In this document: positions 48,342-57,114 of the stretch, piece by piece
Layout of the letters: every line of letters begins with the position of its first letter
Numbering within the stretch: the stretch's first letter is position 1
Assembly: GCA_903919545.1 (NCBI GenBank)
Contig: CAIXIN010000131.1
Span: 9,082 to 73,081, forward strand
Length of the DNA stretch: 64,000 bases
Source of the DNA: an uncultured bacterium
GTDB taxonomy: Bacteria > Bacillota_I > Bacilli_A > Erysipelotrichales > Erysipelotrichaceae
Direction of reading: 5' to 3'
The notes under the pieces: generated by a model
What the model saw: only the letters and a program-made list of their open reading frames with translations
Told to the model about the DNA's origin: nothing
The model's database searches: none
Program-made: the position numbers and the translations under genes

Positions 48342-48934
48342 TATTTAGACTCAAGCACCAAAGAGCTCAGTTGTCTGAAATAACCGACACCACTAATGAT
48401 GGATACGACTACTGAGAACCATAATAAGAAACTAGATACCGGTAAGTTATAGAGTTCAAACGGTAGATTTGATATTAAAATCAACATAATGGTCAACATT
48501 TGTACAACGGTTTTAAGTTTTCCCATATAACCCGCTGCCACAACACGCCCTTTTTCTGCTGCCAACATCCTTAACCCATCTACGAAAACATCTCTCCAAA
48601 TCATCACCAAAACTGCGATCGCAGGAATCAATCCTTGGATTGCAAATAAAATAAACATCGTGTTAACCAATAATTTATCTGCGATGGGATCCATAAATTT
48701 CCCAAAAGTTGATATCTGATGATTTTTCCGAGCAAGGTAGCCATCAAAGAAGTCAGTAATACTTGCTAAGGCAAATAACCCTAAGGCAATTAAGTTTACT
48801 ATAGGCAAGGTAACAAAGCCTACCGTAATGTGTCCAAATACTATTCCATATTGACCAAAAGGAAAAACAAACACAAAGACGATAAGAGGAACAAAGAAGA
48901 TCCTCAATAAAGTTAATCGATTAGGTAAATTCAT
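48341..48934 (-). CDS. pgsA: CDP-diacylglycerol--glycerol-3-phosphate 3-phosphatidyltransferase
   Basis: CDP-alcohol phosphotransferase motif DFFDGYLAR...G...DPIADK. pgsA-cinA-recA order. Confidence 0.9.
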   Translation of the reverse strand: MNLPNRLTLLRIFFVPLIVFVFVFPFGQYGIVFGHITVGFVTLPIVNLIALGLFALASITDFFDGYLARKNHQISTFGKFMDPIADKLLVNTMFILFAIQGLIPAIAVLVMIWRDVFVDGLRMLAAEKGRVVAAGYMGKLKTVVQMLTIMLILISNLPFELYNLPVSSFLLWFSVVVSIISGVGYFRQLSSLVLESK

Positions 48935-49830
48935 GGGGTCGTTCCTTTAAAGGTAAAATAGAAAGAACTCTTATTCTTAGACGCTACTAAGGAATCATCG
49001 ATATGAACATCAATTCCATTGACTGTAATTTTAGGAGAAGCCAAATAACCGATGAACAATTCAACAACCATACCATCTGTCGCCTTAACGATTTTTGTAT
49101 AGGAATCGCCTCTTTGATAATACCCACGAGCTGGGTTGATGGTACTTACTCCATCTACTTTAGAACTTAACCAAGATTCACTGTTGGGTAGTAGTATGAT
49201 AAAAGTGATGTCTTGATCAACTGTGAATCCAGTAATCTCATAATTGATTGTTCCTGTCGATGTAAGCGTCAAAACAGGCACAACTGGATCTTCAGGATCA
49301 ACTGGATCATCTTCATGGACTATAGGATCAGGAACCACGATGACTTTATTATCATCATTGGTCTTACTAAGCATCGGTAATACGGAACTCAGAAAAACAT
49401 ACACTAAAGCTAAAACAATTAAAACACTTATGACAAACATAGATACAAAACCTACGTCTACCTTAACTTTTTTCTTTACTTTTGGTTGTTCAGTTTTTGT
49501 TTTAGGTGAACTTAAATTTTGAACACGAGCCTTAACACGAGCATTAGACTCTTTGATTTCTTCGATCTTTTTCAAACTAGAGGTTTGTGTATAATCATCC
49601 AAAGCAGCACTTAATAATTCTTTATAATCCTCATAATTGAGATGTAGGCTATTGAAATAATAGCGAACATAGAACTTTACATACGTTAACTCATCTTTAA
49701 AATAGGCTAAATCACCTTCTTCTATCGCATTAAGTTTAGCCAAAGAAACTTTGGTTCTTTCGCTCATCTTAGGGAGCGAATAGCCCAATTCTTCTCTTCT
49801 AGCCTTTAATATTTGGCCAATTTCTTTCAT
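48931..49830 (-). CDS. rodZ: RodZ-like cytoskeleton protein (XRE-type HTH, TM segment, extracellular domain; YmfM-like)
   Basis: N-terminal HTH (LKARREELGYSLPKMSERTKVSLAKLNAIEEGD), a single TM segment, a Pro/Asp-rich linker and a C-terminal beta-rich domain. Upstream of pgsA. Confidence 0.7.
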   Translation of the reverse strand: MKEIGQILKARREELGYSLPKMSERTKVSLAKLNAIEEGDLAYFKDELTYVKFYVRYYFNSLHLNYEDYKELLSAALDDYTQTSSLKKIEEIKESNARVKARVQNLSSPKTKTEQPKVKKKVKVDVGFVSMFVISVLIVLALVYVFLSSVLPMLSKTNDDNKVIVVPDPIVHEDDPVDPEDPVVPVLTLTSTGTINYEITGFTVDQDITFIILLPNSESWLSSKVDGVSTINPARGYYQRGDSYTKIVKATDGMVVELFIGYLASPKITVNGIDVHIDDSLVASKNKSSFYFTFKGTTP

Positions 49831-49848
49831 AAGTTTGTTTTCTTACGA

Positions 49849-49878
49849 ATTATAGCAAATAAGACCAATAATGACAAA
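49849..49878 (-). promoter_or_regulatory. Candidate promoter for rodZ-pgsA-cinA-recA (TTTGTC-18-TGcTATAAT)
   Basis: On the minus strand an extended -10 TGcTATAAT (49849-49857) and a -35-like TTTGTC (49873-49878) sit just after the rnpB terminator. Confidence 0.4.
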
Positions 49879-49899
49879 TAAAAAGGAGCTTTCGCTCCT
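49876..49899 (-). terminator. Intrinsic terminator after rnpB
   Basis: Stem GGAGC/GCTCC with a GAAA tetraloop on the minus strand, followed by TTTTTATTT. Confidence 0.7.
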
Positions 49900-49904
49900 A
49901 ATTA

Positions 49905-50245
49905 TTTAACATCTGATAAGCCATGTTCTGTCCTGTTGCCAGGGGCAATCATTTATCTACATTGCTGTCTCTCATCGGCTTCATTTCGCTTTTGAAAGTT
50001 CCTCTACCAAATTTGAGTTTCTCGCTTAAGGGGTTTACCGCGTTCCAAACTCTAAGTTTCCTTAAAGCCTACGTTACTGTGGCACGTTATGGGCTTAGAC
50101 CATGGTTTTCACTTTAGGTGTCAGCTCCGCCGTCAGTTGCCTGCCTGGATTTATGGTTTCATCCAGCATAATCACTACAGTCATCTCAGACTGTGCGAGC
50201 ATGGACTTTCCTCTGGGGGTTACCCAGCGATTGCCTTGATGTTAC
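49905..50245 (-). ncRNA. rnpB: RNase P RNA, bacterial type B (about 340 nt)
   Basis: The minus strand contains AGAGGAAAGTCCATGCTCGCAC, GGAACGCGGTAAACCCCTTAAGCGAGAAACTCAAATTTGGTAGAGGAAC, GTAGATAAATGATTGCC and ACAGAACATGGCTTA. The 5' AACATC pairs with the 3' GATGTT (P1). Directly downstream of gpsB, as in B. subtilis. Ends are approximate to about 5 nt. Confidence 0.93.
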
Positions 50246-50556
50246 TTTTTATAGACTTCTTGTTCTAATTTTGCCAGTCTTTTTAAGAGATCCGTCTGTT
50301 GAATGACGGGGGTCTCTGATTGAGCTGCCTCTAAACGACCTTGAAGTTCTATTAACTTATTTTGGAGATTACTGTTACTGCGTTGAAGCTGGTCAATCAT
50401 GTTCATTTGAGCACTGAGTTGATTTTGAAAGGTTTGATAGTCTGAAATAACTTCATCCAACATCGTATCTACCTCTAAGATAGAGTACCCTTTGAATTCA
50501 ATATTGAACTCTTTTTTAAAAATCTGTTCTGCACTAAGTTTAGGTTGATTGGCCAT
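50242..50556 (-). CDS. gpsB: Cell-cycle protein GpsB (DivIVA-domain)
   Basis: LSAEQIFKKEFNIEFKGYSILEVDTMLDEV DivIVA-type N-terminus and a coiled-coil C-terminus. 104 aa. Divergent from recU-ponA. Confidence 0.88.
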   Translation of the reverse strand: MANQPKLSAEQIFKKEFNIEFKGYSILEVDTMLDEVISDYQTFQNQLSAQMNMIDQLQRSNSNLQNKLIELQGRLEAAQSETPVIQQTDLLKRLAKLEQEVYKK

Positions 50557-50673
50557 AACATTACCTCACGCACTCATTAAACCAAATTAACGTCTTTTAA
50601 TCAAGCACTTAGGATAAAATGCATTTGTTAGAAACATAGGATAATATAGGGTATAATTATTACGGAGCAATTA

Positions 50674-51237
50674 ATGATCGGCTATCCAACGAAGAAAAAA
50701 GTAAATGTTATCGCCAAGTCTGTCGATACAGCCAGGCGTGGTTTAAGTTTAGAAGAAGACATCAATCAGAGCAACCTGGTTTTTCTTGACCGTAGCCTTG
50801 CGAATATCCACAAAAAACCTACTCCGATCACTATCGTTAAAGTGGATTATCCAATGCGTTCAAAAGCTAAGATCACTGAAGCATATTTCAAGATCCCTTC
50901 TACAACGGATTATAATGGGGTCTATAAAGGAAGAGCCATCGATTTTGAAGCCAAAGAAACAGCCAGTAAAACTTCCTTCAGTTTATCCAATCTTCATCCT
51001 CATCAAATCAAACATATGGAAAACGTAAAACTCCATGGGGCAATCGCCTTTTTGATTATTCGATTCACATCCTTAAATGAAACTTACTATTTATCCATTG
51101 ACAAACTGACAGAATTTACAAATAATCAAGTACGTAAGTCCTTGCCTTATGATTGGATCAAGACCCAAGGTCATTTGATCCCCTATAACTATCTTATTCC
51201 AATCAATTACTTGACTATACTTGACATGTATCTTTAG
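50674..51237 (+). CDS. recU: Holliday junction resolvase RecU
   Basis: 187 aa with GLSLEEDIN and DFEAKET catalytic motifs. recU-ponA operon order. RBS GGAG. Confidence 0.88.
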   Translation: MIGYPTKKKVNVIAKSVDTARRGLSLEEDINQSNLVFLDRSLANIHKKPTPITIVKVDYPMRSKAKITEAYFKIPSTTDYNGVYKGRAIDFEAKETASKTSFSLSNLHPHQIKHMENVKLHGAIAFLIIRFTSLNETYYLSIDKLTEFTNNQVRKSLPYDWIKTQGHLIPYNYLIPINYLTILDMYL

Positions 51238-51246
51238 GAGAAAATC

Positions 51247-54240
51247 ATGACTAAAAAAACAAAGATTAAAAAAGCAAAGATTAAGAAACCTCTAAAATTA
51301 AGTACGATACTTTCTTCGTTCGTACTCTTTTTAATGGTTTTGACACTAACCGTTGCGGCGACAGGTTTCGCCTATATTTCAAGTGTCATTGCGAAAGCTC
51401 CCACATTAGATCCTTCCGACTTTGATAGTGCCCAATCCACTAAAATTTATGATAAAGATGGTGTATTAATAGCGGATATCGGGATGGAACTAAGAGACAT
51501 CGTTACTTATGATGATCTTCCACAAACCACAATCGATGCCTTCTTAGCCATAGAAGATTCACGTTTCTTTGAACACAATGGATTTGACGTTCCTCGTTTT
51601 ATTAAAGTTTCACTTGAAACGATTAAAACCTTAGATTTTGGAGCAGGAGGATCTACCTTAACCATGCAGTTGGTTAAGAACACCTACTTTGGTTCTACAG
51701 AACAAATCGAAGCTGAAGGCAATAGTATCATTGACAAGATCAATCGTAAGATTAAAGAAATCTATTTGGCTCTTGAAGCAGAGAAGGTTCTTTCAAAAGA
51801 ACGTATCTTAGAATTGTATCTAAATAAGATCAATTTTGGAGTTCCACTAAATAAACGAGGTATCCAAACTGCATCTCAGTATTATTTTGGGAAGAAAGTA
51901 ACTGATTTAACTTTAGTTGAGTCTGCTTTATTGGCTGGAATCATAAATAAGCCAAGTACCTTTAATCCTCTTGGATATTCAAATCCAGACATCAATTACC
52001 TACAGGAATCAATTGATAGAACCCATACCGTTTTGGATTTAATGATTAGACATGGGTATATCTCTCAAGAAGAATATGATCAAGCAGTAAAGATCAATAT
52101 CGCTGATTTATTGGTAGGATCATTGGCAGCTACAGCGAATACCCCTTATCAATCCTATGTGGATACCGTCATTAATGAAGTTATAAAAGTGACAGGACAA
52201 AATCCTGTTGATGTTCCTATGGTTATTTATACGTCTATGGATAGAACTGTTCAAGATCAAGTCGAAGCCATCCAAAATGGTGTAGGCATCACTTGGGTAG
52301 ATGATCGTTTACAAATGGGAGCCATTACATTAAACAATCAAACAGGAGAAATCATCGCAATCGGTGGAGGTCGTTTCTATAATGGGGAACGTTTATTTAA
52401 TCGCGCAACCGATATGTTTAGACAACCTGGATCTTCAATGAAACCTGTTTTGTCTTATCTATTGGCCTTTGAATATTTAGGCTGGTCAACCAAACATATG
52501 TTGAGTGACGAACCCTACAGCTACTCCACCACCAATCCCGATATGATCGTAGGCAACGTTAATGGAACCTACCAAGGCGATGTTATGTTGGAATATGCTA
52601 TGGGTTGGTCTTTGAATATTCCTGCAATATTAACTCTAAAACAGGTTGTAAGTGTTGTTGGTAGTTCTGCTGTCGTAGATCATCTCAATGCGATGGGATA
52701 TTCTGATGTTACTTTAGGTAAAGGTGATATGGCCTTTGACCTTGGTTATGCGATTGGTGGATCTTCATTACGAGTATCTCCTTATCAAATGGCTGCCGCT
52801 TATGCAGTACTCTTCAACGAAGGTCAATACATCCAGCCACATACAGTACTTCGTATCGAGTTCTTAGATGGAACACCCCCACTGGTTCCATCCTATTCAA
52901 AAACTCAAGTCATCTCTGAAGACGCAGCTTATTTAAGTTCACGTTTAATCATCAATAACGTAATTGGAGATTATTTTACAGGATATAAAAAAATGCGTCG
53001 AGATTATACAACTTTCTTAAAATCCGGAACCTCCGATTGGGGTAAAGAAGGCATTCCTTATGGGATTCCAGAGAATGCCGATAAAGATCTTTGGTTCTTA
53101 TCAGGTTCTACAGAATATACAACAGCCCTTTGGATTGGATTTGATAATGCCGTATTAGGTAAATTATCTTACGTTAATGATGCCATTAAAAAGAAAAATT
53201 ATCGTGAAAACATTGCTTCGCTTATACTTGACTCTATTTATTCTACTCGTAACAAACCGAGCGATCTTGCTAAACCAGCAGGTGTCGTTTCAATTACGCA
53301 TGTTTTAGGAATATTCCCATATGTTTCTATCTTGCCTAGTATGAATGAAACCTTAGCAGTAACAGGTTGGATTAAGAAATCTTTTGCGAATATCCCACAG
53401 CTTACTGTACCAGCGATATATGACCCTAGTACCATGACACTTGATTTACAACCAAATGGGCCATTAAAACATCTTACGATCACGATGAATGATTATCCTG
53501 ATCCATTGGCCTTGATTTTAGCTCCAAATACAAGAGATATGACATTAACAGTTGGACCTACTACAATAACTGCTGTAGGTAAAAGACTCTTTGATTACTC
53601 GTGGATCTTTGGACCTGTGCAATATCATGCTCGTATCGTAGTAGATGATGTAACGGTAAGCACCTTAAATTCAGCTACTGCAATTATGGAAACGGATTTA
53701 GACATCACCCCAGCGAATAATGTCTTAGTATGCAGCTACTATGGATATGAAACTGCCTTAGATCATTCAGCTGAAATCTGCGAGCCAATCAATTTCGCCA
53801 ATATGAGTGTTACATCCCCTGCTCAAACAACGGGAAGCACCATTAGTTCATTAGAAACTTGGTTAGCTCTTAACGGATTGACAAACTATACCATCACTTA
53901 TCAAATGCCTATAAGCACGGATCCTACTAAATTGGGCACAATTGCTTCGATCAGTAATTTGAATCCTGCTACAATCTATACCTATGATCAACTAAGAGCA
54001 CTTCACTTTGACATCGTTGTCTATGATAAAGAGATCAATCTATTTTCAGATTTTATAGGGAATGCCTATGCAAGACCTACATATTATGATTACCTAAATT
54101 ACACTGAACCTCTCATAGGAGCAACAGTAAATACCATCACAGTCAACTATTTCCAAGTCGATGGGACCAATTCTACCTTTAAGCTTAGTGAACTCTATCA
54201 TGCGATTCAACTGAGTTCTACACGTCTCAAATTCAACTAA
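51247..54240 (+). CDS. ponA: Class A penicillin-binding protein PBP1A (glycosyltransferase plus transpeptidase) with a roughly 315-aa C-terminal extension
   Basis: TM anchor. GT51 motifs EDSRFFEHNGFD and GGSTLTMQLVKN. Transpeptidase motifs SSMK, SLN and KSGTS. RBS AGGAGAA. Confidence 0.92.
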   Translation: MTKKTKIKKAKIKKPLKLSTILSSFVLFLMVLTLTVAATGFAYISSVIAKAPTLDPSDFDSAQSTKIYDKDGVLIADIGMELRDIVTYDDLPQTTIDAFLAIEDSRFFEHNGFDVPRFIKVSLETIKTLDFGAGGSTLTMQLVKNTYFGSTEQIEAEGNSIIDKINRKIKEIYLALEAEKVLSKERILELYLNKINFGVPLNKRGIQTASQYYFGKKVTDLTLVESALLAGIINKPSTFNPLGYSNPDINYLQESIDRTHTVLDLMIRHGYISQEEYDQAVKINIADLLVGSLAATANTPYQSYVDTVINEVIKVTGQNPVDVPMVIYTSMDRTVQDQVEAIQNGVGITWVDDRLQMGAITLNNQTGEIIAIGGGRFYNGERLFNRATDMFRQPGSSMKPVLSYLLAFEYLGWSTKHMLSDEPYSYSTTNPDMIVGNVNGTYQGDVMLEYAMGWSLNIPAILTLKQVVSVVGSSAVVDHLNAMGYSDVTLGKGDMAFDLGYAIGGSSLRVSPYQMAAAYAVLFNEGQYIQPHTVLRIEFLDGTPPLVPSYSKTQVISEDAAYLSSRLIINNVIGDYFTGYKKMRRDYTTFLKSGTSDWGKEGIPYGIPENADKDLWFLSGSTEYTTALWIGFDNAVLGKLSYVNDAIKKKNYRENIASLILDSIYSTRNKPSDLAKPAGVVSITHVLGIFPYVSILPSMNETLAVTGWIKKSFANIPQLTVPAIYDPSTMTLDLQPNGPLKHLTITMNDYPDPLALILAPNTRDMTLTVGPTTITAVGKRLFDYSWIFGPVQYHARIVVDDVTVSTLNSATAIMETDLDITPANNVLVCSYYGYETALDHSAEICEPINFANMSVTSPAQTTGSTISSLETWLALNGLTNYTITYQMPISTDPTKLGTIASISNLNPATIYTYDQLRALHFDIVVYDKEINLFSDFIGNAYARPTYYDYLNYTEPLIGATVNTITVNYFQVDGTNSTFKLSELYHAIQLSSTRLKFN

Positions 54241-54264
54241 AAATGAACCTACGGGTTCATTTTT
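54241..54264. terminator. Bidirectional terminator between ponA and nth
   Basis: Stem AAATGAACC/GGTTCATTT with loop TACG. The nth stop codon overlaps the loop. A-run and T-run flanks. Confidence 0.75.
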
Positions 54265-54902
54265 CTATATCTACATTCCTGATTTAAAGGACAAAACTCA
54301 CATTTTGGGCTTCTAGCCGTACAATGATATCTTCCAAAGAAAAGCAAAGCATGATGAGCTTCTCCCCACTCGGATTCATCAAGCGCTTCTTTTAATGTAT
54401 TTTCAACAAGAAGAGGATCTGCATCCTGTTTTACGATTGCAAAACGTTGACATACTCTTAGAACATGGGTATCTACCGCTAAACCTGGTTGATTGAATCC
54501 AACAGAAACAATAACGTTGGCTGTTTTTCGCCCTACTCCAGGTAAGGTTTGAAGTTGATTAAAATCATGAGGTATTTCTCCCTCAAAGTTCTTAACCACG
54601 ACATTCGCGAATTCAATGAGATGCTTAGCTTTTGTATGATACAAACCTATCGTCTTGATCATATTCTCAAGCAGAACTAAGTCAGCTTGAGCCAATTGAA
54701 ATGGATCAGGATACGCTTTAAACACTTCTGGAGTTACTTTATTCACGGAAGGATCCGTTGTCTGAGCACTAAGGATGACCGCTACACTCAACTCATAAAC
54801 ATTCTTGAAATTTAACTCACATCCTGCATTTGGGAATAAGGACTTTGCGGTATCTAATAAACGTCTAATTTGTATTTCTTTTACCTTCGTTGAGTTGTTC
54901 AA
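54249..54902 (-). CDS. nth: Endonuclease III
   Basis: HhH-GPD motif LPGVGRKTANVI, VDTHV and a C-terminal [4Fe-4S] cluster CTARSPKCEFCPLNQEC. Confidence 0.92.
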   Translation of the reverse strand: MNNSTKVKEIQIRRLLDTAKSLFPNAGCELNFKNVYELSVAVILSAQTTDPSVNKVTPEVFKAYPDPFQLAQADLVLLENMIKTIGLYHTKAKHLIEFANVVVKNFEGEIPHDFNQLQTLPGVGRKTANVIVSVGFNQPGLAVDTHVLRVCQRFAIVKQDADPLLVENTLKEALDESEWGEAHHALLFFGRYHCTARSPKCEFCPLNQECRYRKMNP

Positions 54903-55404
54903 TGGTGGTCTTATCTTTCTGCCATTGGGCCAATATACGATCGATATATGTAAAATTAACTTTATTATGCATTAAAGCTTCTCTTAAGGCATGTACGATA
55001 AAAGCTCGATCTAAACGGGTTAACCAATCGTTGATCTTATCCATTTCAGTTGAACTTAAGGTTCTTTTAAATTCTTTTTGAAATAAATCGATGAGATCAG
55101 TATCGTTGGTTAAAATGGTCTTATCTTCAAATAGACCATCGATGATGTAGGCAACCTCTTGTTTGTTTATTTTAATGATAAGGTAACCTTTACGACTTAA
55201 TCCAGCCATTGCTTTATCAATTTTCTCAAGGGATAATCCACTTGCTTTGGATAAAGAATCCAGACTGATGTGTCTTTTAAGATCATTAAAATGAACCAAT
55301 TCTAGAACAGTTAAAGCTTCTTCAGCTGAAAGATTAAGTGTTCCTAAATGATCTAAAACCCAGATTCGTTGATCGATGTGTGCTTCTTCATACCATTTAC
55401 TCAT
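54865..55404 (-). CDS. dnaD: DnaD-domain replication initiation/membrane attachment protein
   Basis: C-terminal DnaD-like domain with FTYIDRILAQW (YxxxIxxxW). dnaD-nth order as in Bacillus. Confidence 0.75.
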   Translation of the reverse strand: MSKWYEEAHIDQRIWVLDHLGTLNLSAEEALTVLELVHFNDLKRHISLDSLSKASGLSLEKIDKAMAGLSRKGYLIIKINKQEVAYIIDGLFEDKTILTNDTDLIDLFQKEFKRTLSSTEMDKINDWLTRLDRAFIVHALREALMHNKVNFTYIDRILAQWQKDKTTIEQLNEGKRNTN

Positions 55405-55873
55405 AATGTTTGTCCACCTTCCAAAGGATTGAATAATCTATAAAATCCAAAAGCCATTCTCCATCATCAGAACTTATCCAATACACTTTTTCATTTTTAT
55501 AAGATGTGGTACTTATACTAAAAGATTTGGAATAATTCATCTTCGCAAAAGCATCGGAAGCTTCAGATAGTTTTATGTCTATAGGATCTAGATTAGAAAG
55601 GATCTGAAATTTCTCGTTGACATGAAGAACCCTAAGTCCATAACTGGGTGTTTTGCATTTTATTGTTATAACTTTTTCAATGATCACAACTGATGAGATC
55701 CAAGAACACTCCGTATAAGAATGCAAACCTTCGAAAGTACTCATAAAGAGATTTCGTTGATGATCATCATATATTTTAACAGCACTCACGTTATAAAAAA
55801 GAGTTGAGATTATGATCAACACGATAGAACATAGAAGCAAAATAGCGCTTAATGTATTTTTTACCCAAGTCAT
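55397..55873 (-). CDS. Hypothetical membrane-anchored protein (possibly YpmB/PepSY-like; weak)
   Basis: 158 aa with one N-terminal TM helix. Its 3' end overlaps the dnaD start by 8 nt. The family guess rests on size, topology and neighbourhood only. Confidence 0.45.
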   Translation of the reverse strand: MTWVKNTLSAILLLCSIVLIIISTLFYNVSAVKIYDDHQRNLFMSTFEGLHSYTECSWISSVVIIEKVITIKCKTPSYGLRVLHVNEKFQILSNLDPIDIKLSEASDAFAKMNYSKSFSISTTSYKNEKVYWISSDDGEWLLDFIDYSILWKVDKHYE

Positions 55874-55974
55874 ACCTACATCTTACCAAAGCTAGACCCT
55901 ATTGAGAATAGTTTCTCGTAATTATCACTAAATAAGCACAAAGCTCTTCACTGACACAAAGTCCTGTTTATGAT

Positions 55975-56496
55975 ATGATTATCTCGATGAAAATTAACCG
56001 ATTTAAAATAAGACGTATCTTAATGTTAGTAATTGTGATGGCACTTTTTTTTAGTTTATATTTCTTTTATTCGGCAAAAAAACAGGAATTTATTGTATTT
56101 GAAGGGATCAATGCTCAAGTCATAGAATATAAAGATTTGATTCAAACGATGAGTACAGAAAGTAAAGCTTATTTCTTTTGCACCAAGACGAATATTGATT
56201 GTCGCTACATCGATACAGAAATGATCGATGTGCTCAATATAGATGCTCATGTCGAAAGATTTGATAACATCATCTTGGTTGATACTGCGACCCTTGATAA
56301 GACAATCTTACCTTCAGCTTTAAAATCACGATTTGGGTTTAGCGATGTTCCAGCCTTTGCGATCCTATCTTATGAAAATGGATCAGTTGTGATCCATAAG
56401 GTACTTCAATGGACGAACACAGATCCTTTTACCGCTTTAGATCTAAAAGAGTGGATGAAAGAGAATAAACTTTGGTTATCTGAATATACGAACTGA
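55975..56496 (+). CDS. Hypothetical membrane-anchored protein with a possible thioredoxin-like fold and an atypical C-X6-C
   Basis: 173 aa with an N-terminal TM helix. YFFCTKTNIDCRY sits where thioredoxin-like proteins carry CxxC, and DVPAFAIL resembles the cis-Pro loop. The fold call is inference. Confidence 0.4.
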   Translation: MIISMKINRFKIRRILMLVIVMALFFSLYFFYSAKKQEFIVFEGINAQVIEYKDLIQTMSTESKAYFFCTKTNIDCRYIDTEMIDVLNIDAHVERFDNIILVDTATLDKTILPSALKSRFGFSDVPAFAILSYENGSVVIHKVLQWTNTDPFTALDLKEWMKENKLWLSEYTN

Positions 56497-57114
56497 TTAC
56501 TTGGAACTGACATCGTTGATGCCAGTTCTTTTATTAATGCTTTTTGAAATAAAATAGGTTAACACAAACATCAAGATGCTGCCAGTATAGATCCACACTT
56601 GATTCTCTTTGGCTTGAAATGCATTCCCAAAGAAAGCAAATAATCCTATCATAAAGAGTTTTCCGATTGCGATACTAATTAAGTACTTACGTTTAGAATA
56701 CTGAGCCAAACCAAAAGCAAGATTCATAAATGAACTTGGTGTAGAAGGCAACATACTTAAAACAATGATCACCATCGGTCTTTGATTGTTGACCCAATTG
56801 ATGGTTTTGTCTAGTGTTTTGAATTTATGCATTTTCTCATGAAGACCATAGAAACTAATGGTTCGATAAAACAAAAACATAATCGTTGCCCCTAACATCG
56901 TACCCACATACGAAGTCAAAAACCCTACACCTAATCCATAAATATTGACATTCAAAATAACGATAAGTACTAAAGGTAAAGCAGGAATGATCGATTCTAA
57001 CATGGCTAAGAATATAGGAGCTAAGATTCCAAAGGATTCTATACGATGAGCGATGTCATTCCAAAATACAGGATCTGTCCATTGAGAAAAGTTCATAGCT
57101 TTAAGTTCCCACAA
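56497..57114 (-). CDS. DedA/TVP38-TMEM64 family membrane protein
   Basis: 205-aa polytopic membrane protein with family-like architecture. Convergent with the preceding ORF with no intergenic gap. Confidence 0.6.
   Translation of the reverse strand: MWELKAMNFSQWTDPVFWNDIAHRIESFGILAPIFLAMLESIIPALPLVLIVILNVNIYGLGVGFLTSYVGTMLGATIMFLFYRTISFYGLHEKMHKFKTLDKTINWVNNQRPMVIIVLSMLPSTPSSFMNLAFGLAQYSKRKYLISIAIGKLFMIGLFAFFGNAFQAKENQVWIYTGSILMFVLTYFISKSINKRTGINDVSSK

Noticed and set aside
49923-50117. 64-aa plus-strand ORF in the apparent intergenic gap between rodZ and gpsB
   Set aside because: It lies entirely antisense to the RNase P RNA gene, whose conserved blocks are unmistakable on the minus strand. 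It has no RBS and an implausible composition.
50246-50276. Possible rnpB promoter inside the 3' end of gpsB (TATAAA at 50248-50253)
   Set aside because: The -10 is plausible and correctly spaced from the predicted 5' end, but the -35 (TGGCAA) matches only 3 of 6 positions. It is not reported as a feature and is mentioned only within the rnpB finding.
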